From: Guillardia theta CCMP2712
Taxonomy: Eukaryota; Protista; Cryptophyta
Reading direction: 5' to 3'
DNA length: 37,912 nucleotides
Assembly: GCF_000315625.1 (NCBI RefSeq)
Contig: NW_005434588.1
Span: 288,133 to 326,044 of the forward strand
Shown here: piece by piece, positions 1 to 10,917 of the stretch
Numbering within the stretch: the stretch's first letter is position 1
How the letters are laid out: every line of letters starts with the position of its first letter
The notes under the pieces: generated by a model
Databases searched by the model: none
Told to the model about the DNA's origin: nothing
Seen by the model: the letters and a program-made list of their open reading frames with translations, nothing else
Made by a program: the position numbers and the translations under genes

Positions 1-273
1 CTGCCCCTGCCCCTGCCCCTGCCCCTGCCCCTGCCCCTGCCCCTGCCCCTGCCCCTGCCCCTGCTTCTGCTTCTGCTTCTGCTTCTGCTTCTGCATCTGC
101 ATCTGTATCTGCTTCTGCTTTTTCCTATTCCTATTCTTCCTCTATACCTCTAGGTCTACAAATACTAATACCACGGGTAAGGGGAAGAGGCAGGGGCAGG
201 AGCAGGAGCAGGAGCAGGGGCAGGGGCAGGGGCAGGGGCAGGGGCAGGGGCAGGGGCAGGGGCAGGGGCAGGG

Positions 274-308
<35 letters not shown>

Positions 309-375
309 GGCAGCGGGGCAAGGGCAGGAGAAGGGAGCGAGGAGGGGCAGGGGCAGGGGCAGGGGCAAGAGCAGG
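1..375. repeat. Hexamer microsatellites (CTGCCC)n/(CTGCTT)n and (GCAGGG/GCAGGA)n
   Basis: Perfect or near-perfect hexamer runs at 1-120 and ~188-375. The AP/CP/SC-repeat ORFs here are their translations. Confidence 0.95.
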
Positions 376-607
376 AGCGGGAAAGAATTCCGGGTTAGAT
401 TCGTGAGTGATAAGGAGGAAACGAACGATCGGGCTGTGGTCTCTGACGGTGTTTCGAACAGTGAAAGCGGCAAAGGAGGAAACAAAGAAAGAGGAGGAGT
501 CAGAGGAAGTGTCAAAGATACAAGGGCGAATACGTTCTGCTGCTGTGAGAGAGGGGATGAAGAGCAGCTGAAGGAGAGTATCAGTTCTCTGCCACATGTC
601 TTCCAAC

Positions 608-943
608 ATGTTCAGAACAAGAATCCCGCTTCTCTCCCTCCTCCTCCTCGCAGGGAGCGAAGGGTTCCAGGTATCTTTCTCCATGTCGCCCGCAACCTCC
701 AAGTTGCCCTCCTCCTTTGTCACTCCCCTCCTGCCGCCCCTGCATGACAGGTGGAGGAGCGAGAGGAGAGGCGGGGAGAGGGCAGGATCGTTGCGCATGC
801 AGCAAGACGACAGCAAGGTCAGGAGGATGCGGCTGCTCCGCATCGCAGAGCTGAGGAGGGAGATCGCGCTGGACGCCAAGCAGAAGGCGCAGCAGCTGAG
901 GGAGAAGTTCAAGGCAAGATACGCGAGACTGACAGGAGGTTGA
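608..943 (+). CDS. Putative plastid-targeted hypothetical protein (first exon; 3' end uncertain)
   Basis: ATG 608 gives MFRTRIPLLSLLLLAGSEG|FQV: a signal peptide followed by Phe, an S/P/R-rich transit-like segment ending ..GSLRM, then a GC3-rich basic coiled coil. A pyrimidine-rich intron-like tract follows to ~1406 (ctgac..tccag). Confidence 0.5.
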   Translation: MFRTRIPLLSLLLLAGSEGFQVSFSMSPATSKLPSSFVTPLLPPLHDRWRSERRGGERAGSLRMQQDDSKVRRMRLLRIAELRREIALDAKQKAQQLREKFKARYARLTGG

Positions 944-1511
944 GACTTTTCCCTCCTCCTCCTCCTCCCTCTTGCCTCGCTCCTGCCCTCCTGCCCTCCC
1001 TAATCACTCACTCCGACCCCCCGCTTTCCTCCCACTTCTCTCTTCTTGGCCCTTCTCACTCCCTATCCCCTATCCTCTCCTCCTCTGCCTTCCTCTGTCT
1101 TATCCAGCCCTCCCTCTCCTCCTCCCCTCTTGCTCTCTCCTCGTTCCCATGAGTTCTCTGCCTCCTTTCCTCTCTCCTCCTCCTCTAAGACTCGTATTGC
1201 CTTCAAGGGAGGCTTAATGTCACCTCAACCGGCACTTCTCCTACTGCCTCCTCTACAAGCCTCTCCACGGACCCTTCAGCAGAGAGCAGTATCATCCCCC
1301 CTTTTGCCCTCCTCCTCCTCCCCCTCGTCAACTAGTTCACTTCTCCTGGTCCACCTCCCTCCTCTACTTGCGCCGGCTCCTCGCCTCCTCTGACTTGTCT
1401 TCCAGTATCTCTCTGAATCTGTCGGCCTGCTCGGATCCACTCCCTCCTTCCGATTCACCGAGATCTTCGAGGCCAGCGAGCCCTCGACATCGATCTGAAA
1501 GGCGAAGGGAG

Positions 1512-1555
<44 letters not shown>

Positions 1556-1934
1556 TGATGAGGACGACGCGGGGGAAGGAGGAGGAGGAGGTGGAGGAGG
1601 AGGAGGAGGAGGAGGAGGATTGGGGGGGAGGGAGGAAAGGGGAGGGGAGGGGGATGAAGTTTTGAGGTGTAAAATCGCGACTGAACCATTGAGGGTGTGT
1701 GGACGCTTACGGGATGAGATGGGAAGGTGAGTGCAAGAAAAATGAACAAGGAGGAGGCGGAGAGAAAAGGAGACGGAAGCGATGAAACACAACCCAGGGC
1801 AGCAAGAGGGACACCTGAGGTAGAAGTTCTCGTGTTGGGGAGGAATGGGCAGGAGGAAATAGAGAGGCGGCAAGTGGTGGGCCAGGAGGCAGGAGGAGCA
1901 AGGTTGCAGCCCGAGGGCAGCTACTTCATTCGTT

Positions 1935-2989
1935 TCACATCCACTGCTTGAAGAACTCCAGCGAGTCCTTCCTGTTGGCCTTGATAGTCTTATCTCCCTT
2001 CTTCCAGTTCGCCGGGCAGCCCTGGCCCTTGTTGGCGGCCGCGTGCTGGGCAGCCTGAAGTAGCCTCATGACCTCGTCGATGTTGCGCCCTACCGGCTCG
2101 TCGTTGATGGAAAAGGAGCGGACAACACCCTCGGGGTCGATGATGTAAGTTCCCCTCATGGTTACTCCAAAGTGCTCGTCCGCCTCATCCTCCACCAGCA
2201 CGCCGTAGGAGGAGGAGATCCGCTTCGTGATGTCAGAGAGGAGGGGGAAGTCGATGGCGCCGAGCCCTCCGTCCTTCCTGTCTGTGCGAGTCCATGCGAG
2301 GTGAGTGTGGGGGGAGTCGACGGAGACACCGACGACCTGCGGAGGGAAAGTAAGGAGGAGAGAGGGAGCGAAGAGGCGCGAGGGACAGTAGAAGAGAGAG
2401 GAGCGAGCAAGAGGAAGACCCTAGAACAGGTAGAAAGTGGGGGGAGGAGGGAGAGGAAGATAGCGAAAGGGGGCATATGTAAAAGGAGGGAGAGAGGGAG
2501 GAAAGGATAGTTGCAGTTCGACACACAAGGGAGGTGGAGGAAGGTGGGAGAGGAGGGAGTGGGAGGAGGCAGAGGAGGAGTGGGGGGCGTGGGGCGGGAG
2601 GACGAGAGGAGAGGGACTAGAAATAGTTTCACCTCGGCTCCCAGCTTCTTGAACTCAGCGTACTTGTTGTTGAACTCAACGATCTCAGTCGGGCAAACAA
2701 ACGTGAAGTCGAGGGGATAGAAGAACAGGACCAGCCACTTGCCCTGCCGCGGCGAAGTCACGATGCCATGCCTACCTCCGCAGCCTCCAGCGCCCTACCT
2801 TGTAGTCCGAGGAGGCGAGGTCGACAATCTCTCCGTTCTTGACAGCCTTTCCCTTCCATGCAGGAGCTTGCTTCCTAACCTTGGAATAAGTCAGCGCTGA
2901 TCCCGCCCATCGAGGTGGCATACCGGAACGCTGGCTTCAGCAATCACCGAGATCGCGCAGAGTGCAGCGAGAGCAGTAAGAAACTTCAT
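1935..2989 (-). CDS. Typical 2-Cys peroxiredoxin (AhpC/Prx1 family) with N-terminal signal peptide, 219 aa, 4 exons
   Basis: Exons 2989-2924, 2879-2799, 2743-2633 and 2336-1935 join in frame via GT-AG introns (44, 55, 296 nt). Motifs: [14 protein letters not shown] (peroxidatic Cys), [22 protein letters not shown] (resolving Cys). Confidence 0.95.
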
Positions 2990-3489
2990 CCTGAAAGAGA
3001 TACAATGAGACAATGTGTGCAAGCTAGAGACGAGGGCAGTGATGTTGGCATCTTCATTGGACTGTATCCTTGCAAATCGTCCAGCTTTCCACTGCTCGCG
3101 TGTTCCTTTGAGCAATTCTAATCTCTTACCCTTGACGGAATTCATACCTCTTCTTCTTCTTGGAGTTTTCTCAAAGTTCCGCTCTCTCCCTCCCCTCGTA
3201 CACTATCCTGGTCCCCTTCTCCCGTCTCCTCCCATTGTTTCCAACCACTCCTCATATTCTCTTCTCCCAATGTCTCTCTCTCTCTCTCCTCGTCTATCCT
3301 TCCCCATGTTCTCTCTCTCGTCCTTCGTCCTCTCCCTCCTGATCTCCTCTCCACTCATCCTCCCGCCTCTCCGCCTCTTCTCCCCGTTGTCCATTCGATC
3401 GCCGATCTCGAACATTCCACCATTCCCAAACTATGCCACCACAGTGAGTACTACCCCTGCCCGCAGAGGATCATCCTGTACCCCTCCAT

Positions 3490-4340
3490 TTCTCTCATAG
3501 TACCCCTTCATTTACCACTTTCTCCCTCCACCCTACCCGTGGCAGACTACTCGTAACATCCCCACCCTAGGATTTCCATTCAACTACCCCTCATGTACTC
3601 AGGGCAAACAGGGAAATTTGAGCACTATTACAAGTATTAGTCTTGATTTCTGCCCTACAATATTTCTCTCTAAACCTCTGAGGCTGGCATGAATTATCAC
3701 CGGTGGTTTTGATATGTAGATGAGGGGTGGGGATAGATAGGTCGCTAGGTGGATGTTAATACCAGGCCGGGTGGGTGGCCTAATTCGAGGAGGTAGGGTA
3801 CGTTTGACCAGGGGTATAAAAATAGGGAAGATTTAGGAAACTTGGAGGTAGGGTACATAATTGAAAGGGTGGGTGAATTTACCTCGTCAGTAAAGGGGTA
3901 GTGAATTTCTGCTGGAGGGTAGCATACTGTGGTGGGCAGAAGCCAATGTGTCGGGATGAAGGGGTAGGGTAATGAAATTTGGGGTCTACAAATAACAAGG
4001 GGGTAATTGACTATTAAAAGTGTGGGTACTTCAATGATAAAATGTGGGTGGTGGATCAAATTCAATGAATTGATAAGGTGGGGTACTGATTGAATGTTGT
4101 TCAATCGATGTTGGGTACATTGTTGAGGGGTGGGTCCTCCCGAAAGTTGAGTAAAGGATCAGGAGGAACACAAAGGGTTGGGTACATCACATTGCAGGGT
4201 GGGGGTATCACAAGTACCCCTTATTTATATGTCTCTTTCTCAATATATTTCACTCACAGGGTGAGAATAAGTGGGTGGGTACTGATGGGGGTGGTTTTTG
4301 AAGGGGGTAGGGGTGTACCAAGGGTGACGCGGACTAGCGG
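3490..4340. other. Intergenic block rich in TACCC/CACCC/GGGTA/GGGTG words, between divergent genes
   Basis: Dense ACCC words on + at ~3500-3660, switching to GGGT words at ~3720-4340. No credible ORF. Confidence 0.6.
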
Positions 4341-4349
4341 GTGGGGAAC

Positions 4350-5204
4350 ATGGCGGGGGAGGGGCAGACAGCGATGGTGGTGACGCTATGCCTGCTGGTA
4401 ACAGTGTGGATGAGCGTTCATGTTCTCAGTACCGATATGACACAAAGCAACGTCATTCTGAACGCAGATCATGTCAAGAAGTTCAGATCTGTAATCCAAG
4501 ACCTCTCGTACGTTTCGGCTGTGGGTTGGAACCATACTCAGGAATTGATCAGGGAGTATCATGTGGATGATGTTGTACAAAGAGGGGTTGAGACTTCTCA
4601 GGTCCTCATGAAAGAGTACCATGTTGACGATGTGCTCAACAACATCTCTGAGGTTGTAAATCAAGGCCTGAAGCACACCGACAAATTCATCCGAGACAAC
4701 CATGTGGATGATGCGGTGGCGAACATGTCAGAGACTGTGAAGCAGTACACGATTGAGGGGATCAAACATACCGACAAATTCATCAGAGATAACCATGTGG
4801 ACGATGCGGTGGCGAACATCTCAGAGACTGTCAAGCAGTACACGATTGAGGGGATCAAAAGGACACATAAGTTTGTCAAGGACAACAAGGTGGATGAAGC
4901 GGTGGCCAACCTTGAAAAGGACGTTGCCAAGTACTCGGTAGAAGGGTGGAACAAAACCAAGAGACTCATGGAGGAATACCAAGTCCCGCAACTTGTTTCC
5001 AACCTCTCCGACTCCGTGGCAAAGTACTCAGAGCAGGGATGGAGAAATACTCAAACGCTGGCGAGGGAGTGGCATGTGCCTGAACTTGTAGGTAATATCA
5101 CTGATACAGTCGGCCGCCTGTCGAACGAAGGCTGGAAGAAGACACAGTCAATCATTAACGATCTTCAATCTGCTCCTCCACCTCCACCTCCCGCCAAGCG
5201 ATGA
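4350..5204 (+). CDS. Single-exon secreted or type II membrane protein with 31-aa amphipathic repeats
   Basis: Hydrophobic N-terminus (MVVTLCLLVTVWMSVHVL). 93-nt repeat (gacaaccatgtgga 4695 / gataaccatgtgga 4788) with unit DNHVDDAVANMSETVKQYTIEGIKHTDKFIR. Poly-Pro C-terminus. Confidence 0.85.
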   Translation: MAGEGQTAMVVTLCLLVTVWMSVHVLSTDMTQSNVILNADHVKKFRSVIQDLSYVSAVGWNHTQELIREYHVDDVVQRGVETSQVLMKEYHVDDVLNNISEVVNQGLKHTDKFIRDNHVDDAVANMSETVKQYTIEGIKHTDKFIRDNHVDDAVANISETVKQYTIEGIKRTHKFVKDNKVDEAVANLEKDVAKYSVEGWNKTKRLMEEYQVPQLVSNLSDSVAKYSEQGWRNTQTLAREWHVPELVGNITDTVGRLSNEGWKKTQSIINDLQSAPPPPPPAKR

Positions 5205-5639
5205 TTCAAAGTTGTCATCACACTGACTCTTCGTGATGATGGTTGGTTCGATCTGCCTCGTTTGATGTGCCATGGGGAAAGGGCAAGCGCCTGCTGTGTT
5301 TTGGTTAGAACCGGTTTGTTTGCTACACTTTCAATGTATTCATTTTTTCCGTTTCAACCCGATTTTTGGTCAACCGATACAACACTGAATTGACAGGATA
5401 CAAGTTTCTCTCAACTGATCTATTGAGCATCGCTCCTTTCTCACGTTCAAACCGGCTCTGTTGTGATAAATGCTCTGCTCCTACTCTTGCCTTAGGGTGA
5501 ACTGAAAGAACAGAGCAACTGCCGAACTGAGCAAGAGATGAAGTAAGCACGGGCCCCGATCCTGATTCATATAGCTGAGTAACCACAGGGACAACTCTTC
5601 CGAGTAGAGTCATTGGTTGACATGTTGCCCAAGTCAACT

Positions 5640-5960
5640 GAGGCCTCCGTCAGTGCCGTGTGTCCGACGGTCATCAGTGCACCGGCGGCCCGATGCCTTC
5701 CGACAATCCGATCATCAAGTTTGACTCGGCCAACGAACTTCAAAGCAGTCTACTCACACAGCATCCGTCCGAAGTTTCGGGCTCCGTGCGGGGCCCGACT
5801 GGTCGGATAATCATCAGCACGGTGATCGGAGGCGGCGCCTCCAAGCCCCGTGCGGCACGGCAGCGGTCCTACCCCGAATTAAAAATCAGTACGAGGACAA
5901 TCAGAAGGCTTCAGTGGAGCCCGAGGCTTGACCCTGACCGTGGCAGTGACGGTCGCAAAG
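5640..5960. other. GC-rich micro-palindrome block containing the dispersed motif (5881-5932)
   Basis: Dense GACTC/CCGG/GATC/GTNAC words. 5881-5904 is the exact reverse complement of 32169-32192. Confidence 0.6.
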
Positions 5961-6049
5961 ACCATACTGATCACATATGGCGAGAAGAGAGAAGAGAAAA
6001 AGACAACTAACCCTCATCATGGCATCCTGTACTAGCCTAACAGATCGCC

Positions 6050-7440
6050 CGGCCCCGCCGACTTACGACCTCGCCTGGCCTCGGCCCCACCCCCGCAGGC
6101 TACCCGGATTGTACCATGAAGGAACCGTCACTAGTAAGCTCAGCCTGCGGCTCAGCGGCTTGTGCTCCATGTCGGATGGCGCTCCTCAGTGTCTATGAAC
6201 CTCGGCACCGTCGGTCACTAGGTAGCCTACACAGGGTAACGTCCGCCCCCTACAGCATGTCCGGGCCGATTCCCTACGGCCATGAATAGAACGTGACTTC
6301 TTGTCTTCACCATGTACTGGAGAGACGGTCGGTCACTACTCAACAGCCGTGCTACACTTAAGATGCTGCTACAAGTTCAAGAGCATTGAAGAAGCGAGCA
6401 GGGAATACGCTGCTTGCCTGGCGTACGTTTCACAGCAAGCCAACAAGCTTCGCACAGTCGTCATGATCAATCCGTGTAATGATAACTCAAATCTATTGGT
6501 ACAGCTATCCTACCCTCGCCACCTCTCTCCGCGACCGCGTTACCACTTGCAGTCTAGTGAAACTCTTGTTCGCTTCTTACTCACCATGTAGCTGTCAGTA
6601 CAGACCCTCAGTGCGTTGATGCAGCGATGGCAGGGCCTTCCATCTTCGCACTTCTGCTTCTTCTGCCTGCAGGATACGCATGCTTGCTTGGTATGTCTCT
6701 GGTTCAACCGCTTGTCAGCTTTGCGAGCACCTGCGGGTCCCTGGACTGCTGTGACGAGCGCAGGCAACCTGACTTCCCCTTCTATCTCGGCCTCGGATGC
6801 CGGCGAGGACGAAGCATGATCTGGATCCTCTGTGAGGTCTGCTAGCTCCAAGAAGGATCGGAGGCTCTCGGGCCGAATGACAATATGGGAGATGGCGTCG
6901 TCGAGCGAGGATCCCGAAAGTGGGGCAGGTACCAGCGTACAGCCTTCTGCTTCGGGAGAGTAGGGGGGGGGAGAGGAGCAGGAAAGGCAGGAGAGGAACT
7001 CAGGCGGTAAGGGAGGTTGCTGCATGGCGGCTGCCGCGGTTCCCTGCATGCTGTTCGACGGAAATCCTGTGGTAAAAGGGTGCTTGTCCGAAGGTCACGT
7101 GACCCGAATAGTAAAAGAGTTAAAACTAGTTTTAATATGGTAAAACTGATTTTACGGTTGACCTGTGAAAAAAGAAAGTTTCCGGATTCCACTCGAATGG
7201 CTTCCTTGGCACTCCCGTGGTACTCGTGTGCAGTACCAGTAGGGTGAGAGTACCACGACTTACGAAGGTTTACTACAGAGCCAGACTTGTTGACAGTCAC
7301 ATCACACAATGCTACCGTACAGACTACTTGAGTACTTCGGTGCTAGCAGTAGGATACAGTTGGTAGGCGATGCTAGGACCCGGTATCATACGGTAATGGC
7401 GGCGACGGTACTCCATGCCACCGCTGTCAGCCTCTCCACG
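6050..7440. repeat. Tandem segmental duplication, copy 1
   Basis: 6050-6379 matches ~7780-8096, 6392-7048 matches 9003-9659, 7125-7271 matches ~9710-9837, and 7272-7440 matches 9841-10215 with many indels. Confidence 0.95.
6540..7049 (-). CDS. Zn(II)2Cys6 binuclear-cluster (GAL4-type) protein, copy 1
   Basis: KQACVSCRQKKQKCEDGRPCHRCINALRVC = C-x2-C-x6-C-x5-C-x2-C-x6-C. Start is 7049 or the GCCGCC-ATG at 7025. An ATG|GTGAGT donor right after the domain means the true 3' end may be spliced. Confidence 0.85.
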   Translation of the reverse strand: MQGTAAAAMQQPPLPPEFLSCLSCSSPPPYSPEAEGCTLVPAPLSGSSLDDAISHIVIRPESLRSFLELADLTEDPDHASSSPASEAEIEGEVRLPALVTAVQGPAGARKADKRLNQRHTKQACVSCRQKKQKCEDGRPCHRCINALRVCTDSYMVSKKRTRVSLDCKW

Positions 7441-7779
7441 TGTCACAACTACCCGTACCCCCCACCCCCCCCCCCCCCCCCTCCTCCCCCTCCCCCCGGC
7501 GGGGACCGTCGCACAGTGACCCCCACCGTAACTTTGAGTAAAGTGTCCGGTACCAGTGACTACGGTACTACGGCCTGTGACTCAGCCTGACACAAACTTG
7601 AATGGCAAGCATGAATGAAGGAGAGTCACTGAGTGGAGCTGAAGAACTTCGGAGGAAGAAACAAGCCTTGAAGGCCCGGGCCAGCCTGAGGGAGGAAAGG
7701 AAAGACGCCAAAGACGCCTGAGTTATATCAACCGCGGCCGCCCCGTCCAGGAGTCTGGCAATGATTGAAAGATCCGGCG

Positions 7780-10215
7780 CCCAGCCCCGCCGACTTACGA
7801 CGCGGGGCTAGCCTCCGATTGTACCATGAAGGGACCGTCACTAGTAAGCTCAGCCTGCGGCTCAGCGGCTTGTGCCCCATGTCGGATGGCGCTCCAAGTG
7901 TCCGACAGGCTGAGAGCCTCGGCACCGTCAGCCACTAGGTAGCCTACACAGGGTAACGTCCGCCCCCTACAGCATGTCCGGGCCGATTCCCTACGGCCAT
8001 GAATAGAACGTGACTTCTTGTCTTCACCATGTACTGGAGAGACGGTCGGTCACTACTCAACAGCCGTGCTACACTTAAGATGCTGCTACAAGTTCATGAG
8101 TTGTATACACATCACAGAGATCATCGGATTGTCAACGACACGCCGAGTAAAGTAAGCCTGGATGAAGAAGATAGACAAGCAGAAGATAGACGTCTCTAAG
8201 TTTACTGGGAGGTAAACTACGCACAATCACCACACTCACTGTGCATGCAAGTGGGGAAATCAGAAGGCCAAACGCTGGGGAAGCGTCCGCTTAAATAAGG
8301 AGTATCCGGGAGAGTATCCGACGAGTATCCGGGTGTTTTCGGATCCTCATGTGGATACAACATCAGTATTGAGATCTCTATCAGGTTTCAAAGCCAATTC
8401 TTTTGACAGCTTCTGCAGAACTGCTGCTTGTCTGCACCTAATGAAGGCTCACAACACGTGATCAAGATGCCAGTTAACATCACCATCCTAACACCACGAC
8501 AACAATCCTTCTTCTGTACAGCGAAATCATGCAGACCACTACAAACAATGAAGAGAGCAAAGGTCCATACTGTATGTCCGAAGAGCACTGACTTACCCGG
8601 TCTTAGGCTGTTATATGCACGTCTTCAACTCAGTCCAAGACGGCACCCTCAAACCAACAAAACTCTGCCTTGTTGCTCTGAAAGGATTGATTGCATTGAA
8701 ACTCACGTCCATACACGAACATAACCTGAGTCACAAAAATCTCAGATTCATTCAAGACTCAAGCGGGTGATGTTGAGCAGTGACCGAGCGGGAGGTCGGG
8801 CATGTCAGAGTTCATCAATCAATGCAGTTGTCAGCAACTGTTCTCCGATGAAAACTTCGTCCTCCGACTGCCTGCAACAGGGTCTCGAAGTCGTTCCCAT
8901 ACGAGTGACTGTAGCATGCAGAAACATGTCATGTTTGCTTCACCACTCGACACATCAGCTTTCAACTCTCAAAATCGGTCTCACCATGTCACCGCAGTGA
9001 AAAAGCGAGCAGGGAATACGCTGCTTGCCTGGCGTACGTTTCACAGCAAGCCAACAAGCTTCGCACAGTCGTCATGATCAATCCGTGTAATTATAACTCA
9101 AATCTATTGGTACAGCTATCCTACCCTCGCCACCTCTCTCCGCGACCGCGTTACCACTTGCAGTCTAGTGAAACTCTTGTTCGCTTCTTACTCACCATGT
9201 AGCTGTCAGTACAGACCCTCAGTGCGTTGATGCAGCGATGGCAGGGCCTTCCATCTTCGCACTTCTGCTTCTTCTGCCTGCAGGATACGCATGCTTGCTT
9301 GGTATGTCTCTGGTTCAACCGCTTGTCAGCTTTGCGAGCACCTGCGGGTCCCTGGACTGCTGTGACGAGCGCAGGCAACCTGACTTCCCCTTCTATCTTG
9401 GCCTCGGATGCCGGCGAGGACGAAGCATGATCTGGATCCTCTGTGAGGTCTGCTAGCTCAAAGAAGGATCGGAGGCTCTCGGGCCGAATGACAATATGGG
9501 AGATGGCGTCGTCGAGCGAGGATCCCGAAAGTGGGGCAGGTACCAGCGTACAGCCTTCTGCTTCGGGAGAGTAGGGGGGGGGAGAGGAGCAGGAAAGGCA
9601 GGAGAGGAACTCAGGCGGTAAGGGAGGTTGCTGCATGGCGGCTGCCGCGGTTCCCTGCAAGCTGCTGGACGGAGACCCAAATATCAGTAAAAGATTTAAA
9701 ACTAGTTTTAATATGGTAAAACTGGTTTTACGGATGACCTGTGAAAAAAGAAAGTTTCCGGATTCCGCTCGAATGGCTTCGTGGTAACTCGTGTGCAGTA
9801 CCAGTAGGGTGAGAGTACCACGACTTACGAAGGTTTGCCGTACTACATCGGAGCCAGAGGCTCAGACTGGTCACCGGGGTTGACACGGTCACATCACTGA
9901 TGAGCCTCATGGCGGCTCATCAGTAGTACTACCGTTTTTAACTTAACTTTTGAGTAAAGGACCTACCGTACTACGGTACAGACTCGGTGACCGTCCTACT
10001 TGGCAAGTTGAGTACAGTTTGGTTCTAGCACCGTGACGGTAGGCCGGGTACAGGCTTACGGTCGGTATGGTACTCCTGCAGCCTCAGAGTGCGGTACGGT
10101 ACGGTCCTGGGACCCGGTATCATACGGTTTGGTGGCAGCGACCGTACCGTACTACGGCACGGTACTTCGTGCCACCCGCCGTTTGATACCGCCGGAGTCG
10201 ACGGTCAGCCTCACG
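7780..10215. repeat. Tandem segmental duplication, copy 2 (extra ~0.9 kb at 8097-9002; expanded upstream region)
   Basis: Collinear with 6050-7440, near-identical over the gene body. Confidence 0.95.
9151..9636 (-). CDS. Zn(II)2Cys6 binuclear-cluster protein, copy 2
   Basis: Differs from copy 1 by two internal residues (L>F, E>K). The upstream ATG of copy 1 is TTG here (9660), so the shared ATG at 9636 is the likely start. Confidence 0.85.
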   Translation of the reverse strand: MQQPPLPPEFLSCLSCSSPPPYSPEAEGCTLVPAPLSGSSLDDAISHIVIRPESLRSFFELADLTEDPDHASSSPASEAKIEGEVRLPALVTAVQGPAGARKADKRLNQRHTKQACVSCRQKKQKCEDGRPCHRCINALRVCTDSYMVSKKRTRVSLDCKW

Positions 10216-10720
10216 CGGCGGGCACAAGGCCGGTAACCCGGGCCGGCGGGGCGCCGCTGCCTGGGCCGGCTGATACCGTAGTACGTAACGTGACGGTCCG
10301 ATCACAACTCACAGAGTCAGTCCCACGGCCGCCCCCGGGCCCCCGGGCCCGGCCCAGCAGTGCCAGTGACTCGTGACTCACTGGTGACGCATATTCACTG
10401 CCGAGTTCCGACGTCGGAACGGTTCAACTTCAACACGGGGCTTCAAGGCTTGACAGTGCCACGGACTCGACGGTCCGACTCCGATCACCGTCGTCCGAAG
10501 ACCGGTCGGGGACCGGGCAGCGCTGCCGCTCCGGTCGGGCCCGGCCGGAGCCGCATCACTGAGTCATACCGGGTCCCGGACTGGATCCCGGACTCGACCC
10601 GGAAGGAAGCCTTGAAGCCTGCAGTGCCTTAAAACTCGGGCCGGGCCGCCGTGACTCGGGAGCCCTAGTAGGCACATAATAACGGTCTCTGGTATCTGTG
10701 TAACCGTAGGCGTCTCTTCG
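9838..10720. other. GC-rich micro-palindrome block upstream of Zn-cluster copy 2
   Basis: Many nested odd-length palindromes, e.g. 9896-9924, 9964-9978, 9985-9993, 9998-10008, 10030-10040. Confidence 0.8.
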
Positions 10721-10760
10721 CGCCATGTCCTAGTTTTGATTAGTGCAGGCAAGGAGGCGG

Positions 10761-10917
<157 letters not shown>

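Noticed and set aside
142-912. ORFs with CPCPCP / APAPAP tracts (metallothionein-like appearance)
   Set aside because: Translations of hexamer microsatellites, partly antisense to the better-supported 608-943 frame.
5323-5637. 104-aa minus-strand ORF next to a palindrome block
   Set aside because: No recognisable motif, weak codon bias and no splice support; cannot be supported as a gene.
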